A stretch of DNA of 60,238 bases, filler included. It is 6 parts of 6 records of this genome, joined end to end, with 100 filler letters (N's around TTAATTAATTAA, not from the genome) between each part and the next. Parts side by side here need not be neighbours in the genome. Positions count along the whole stretch, not along the records: positions 47,488 to 60,238 come from DRR723986_6924; 5 more parts are not named here. The stretch is one strand, 5' to 3'. The position numbers and the translations under genes are program-made. Each line of letters starts with the position of its first letter. Positions within the stretch are counted from its first letter, which is position 1. Below the pieces are notes generated by a model, which saw only the letters and a list, made by a program, of their open reading frames with translations, made no database searches and was not told where the DNA came from. Positions 59,069 to 60,238 of the stretch are shown here, in pieces.

Positions 59069-60238
59069 ATGGCCCATGATGGACAGGATATTTCGACGAT
59101 GACAAACCCCGTGATTTTGCCCGAACTTCTGAGCCTCACCGGTGCGGCGATTGCCCCGGTCAACGCCGTTTTTGAAGCCGCGCGTGAGTCTGTGCGCGTC
59201 ATGGTCAGTGCCGATGGCAAGATTTCCGGTGCCTTGATCGAAGCCAACCAGACAGCAGCACACGGCCTGTCATGGCTCGCAACCTATCAGCAATCCTTGC
59301 AGCAAATGCACCGCTGGGCCGAAACTCTGAACGGCGACGGCAAGTTTGGTGAAATCGAACAGCTGTTGCTTCAGATCGCCTTTGGTGAGTACCTGCACCA
59401 GATCGCTGGCGGCATTCCAATGAACCAGGGCGAAGTTGTCCGCCTGCAAGACATGGGTCTTGGCTGGGATGCGCTAGCTGGTTTCCAAGCTGCCGAGGTT
59501 CAATCTTTGATGGCCTCAGGCAATTCGCAAGCCGCCCGGTCACGCCTCGTTGAATTGATGGAAGAGCAAGCAGGCTCCACCATGTACGGCACCTCAGGGC
59601 TGGACGAAGAACTGGAAATGATCCGTGATCAGTTCCGCCGCTATGCGGTCGAAAAAGTCGAACCTTATGCACATGAATGGCATCTCAAAGATGAATTGAT
59701 CCCGATCGAGATCATCAATGAGCTGGCTGAAATGGGCGTCTTTGGTCTGACCATCCCCGAAGAATTCGGCGGATTTGGCCTGTCCAAGGCCTCCATGTGC
59801 GTTGTCTCCGAAGAGTTGTCGCGCGGCTACATCGGTGTTGGCTCGCTTGGCACCCGGTCCGAGATTGCGGCCGAACTGATCATCGCGGGCGGTACGGACG
59901 AGCAGAAAACCAACTGGCTGCCCAAAATCGCCAGTGCTGAAATTCTGCCGACCGCAGTCTTCACCGAGCCTAACACCGGATCCGACCTTGGCTCTCTGCG
60001 CACCCGCGCGGTCAAGAATGCCGATGGCGATTATGAAATCACTGGCAACAAGACTTGGATCACCCACGCTGCGCGGACCCACGTGATGACGCTGCTGGCG
60101 CGTACTGACCCCAGCAATGACAACCACCGCGGCCTTTCAATGTTCTTGGCCGAGAAAACCCCAGGTGATGACGCCAACCCCTTCCCCACCGAAGGTATGA
60201 CAGGCGGCGAGATCGAAGTCCTCGGCTATCGCGGCATG
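59069..60238 (+). CDS. mcd: (2S)-methylsuccinyl-CoA dehydrogenase (ethylmalonyl-CoA pathway), 3'-truncated; absent from the ORF track because it has no stop
   Basis: Manual translation: MAHDGQD...AAHGLSWLATY...QIAFGEYL...GLDEELEMIRDQFRR...EELSRGYIGVGSLGTRSEIAAE...FTEPNTGSD...GEIEVLGYRGM, with the Mcd-specific N-terminal extension. Confidence 0.9.
   Translation, partial: MAHDGQDISTMTNPVILPELLSLTGAAIAPVNAVFEAARESVRVMVSADGKISGALIEANQTAAHGLSWLATYQQSLQQMHRWAETLNGDGKFGEIEQLLLQIAFGEYLHQIAGGIPMNQGEVVRLQDMGLGWDALAGFQAAEVQSLMASGNSQAARSRLVELMEEQAGSTMYGTSGLDEELEMIRDQFRRYAVEKVEPYAHEWHLKDELIPIEIINELAEMGVFGLTIPEEFGGFGLSKASMCVVSEELSRGYIGVGSLGTRSEIAAELIIAGGTDEQKTNWLPKIASAEILPTAVFTEPNTGSDLGSLRTRAVKNADGDYEITGNKTWITHAARTHVMTLLARTDPSNDNHRGLSMFLAEKTPGDDANPFPTEGMTGGEIEVLGYRGM

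Noticed and set aside
1-60238. CRISPR arrays, tRNA, rRNA, transposases, prophage or defence genes
   Set aside because: No regularly spaced repeats or recognisable motifs found by eye.

Overview
This window is not one continuous locus. It is six contig fragments joined by 100-bp artificial spacers (N44-TTAATTAATTAA-N44 at 15449-15548, 23460-23559, 31036-31135, 37345-37444, 47388-47487). Gene content points to Rhodobacteraceae/Roseobacteraceae, but composition differs between fragments, and 23560-31035 is visibly much more GC-rich. Fragment 1: ttcA, GGDEF/EAL, yidC, MOSC, engB, a DUF2946 + PepSY-TM pair, a FixR-like SDR, argB, desaturase, ferredoxin-like protein, sixA-like protein and the bztABCD/aapJQMP amino-acid ABC transporter. 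Fragment 2: a GcvA-like LysR divergent from an operon of class II aldolase, CntA-like Rieske oxygenase, divergent PanB and membrane di-iron hydroxylase, followed by a VOC protein, ade and amn. Fragment 3: OppF, M32 carboxypeptidase and an IclR-controlled TRAP/SDR/thiolase cluster. Fragment 4: oppBC, YeeE, DUF3422 and pntAB. Fragment 5: nitrile hydratase accessory protein, purA, a large acidic disordered protein, thiN, DMT, Tat-exported MBL hydrolase, ribBX-ribH-nusB and a 6S RNA fragment. Fragment 6: hbd, acyltransferase, the chvIG-hprK-rapZ-EIIA-HPr cluster, pckA, a wHTH + MASE1-like pair with a candidate divergent sRNA, non-pyrrolysine MttB, TauE and mcd. Best leads: (i) the fragment-2 operon as an undescribed quaternary-amine (possibly homoserine betaine or betaine-lipid head group) catabolic pathway; (ii) an RGPP arrest peptide with an anti-SD switch controlling the PepSY-TM gene; (iii) an sRNA/wHTH/membrane-sensor module after pckA. 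No CRISPR array, tRNA, rRNA or transposase was seen. All family assignments come from motif recognition, not database searches.
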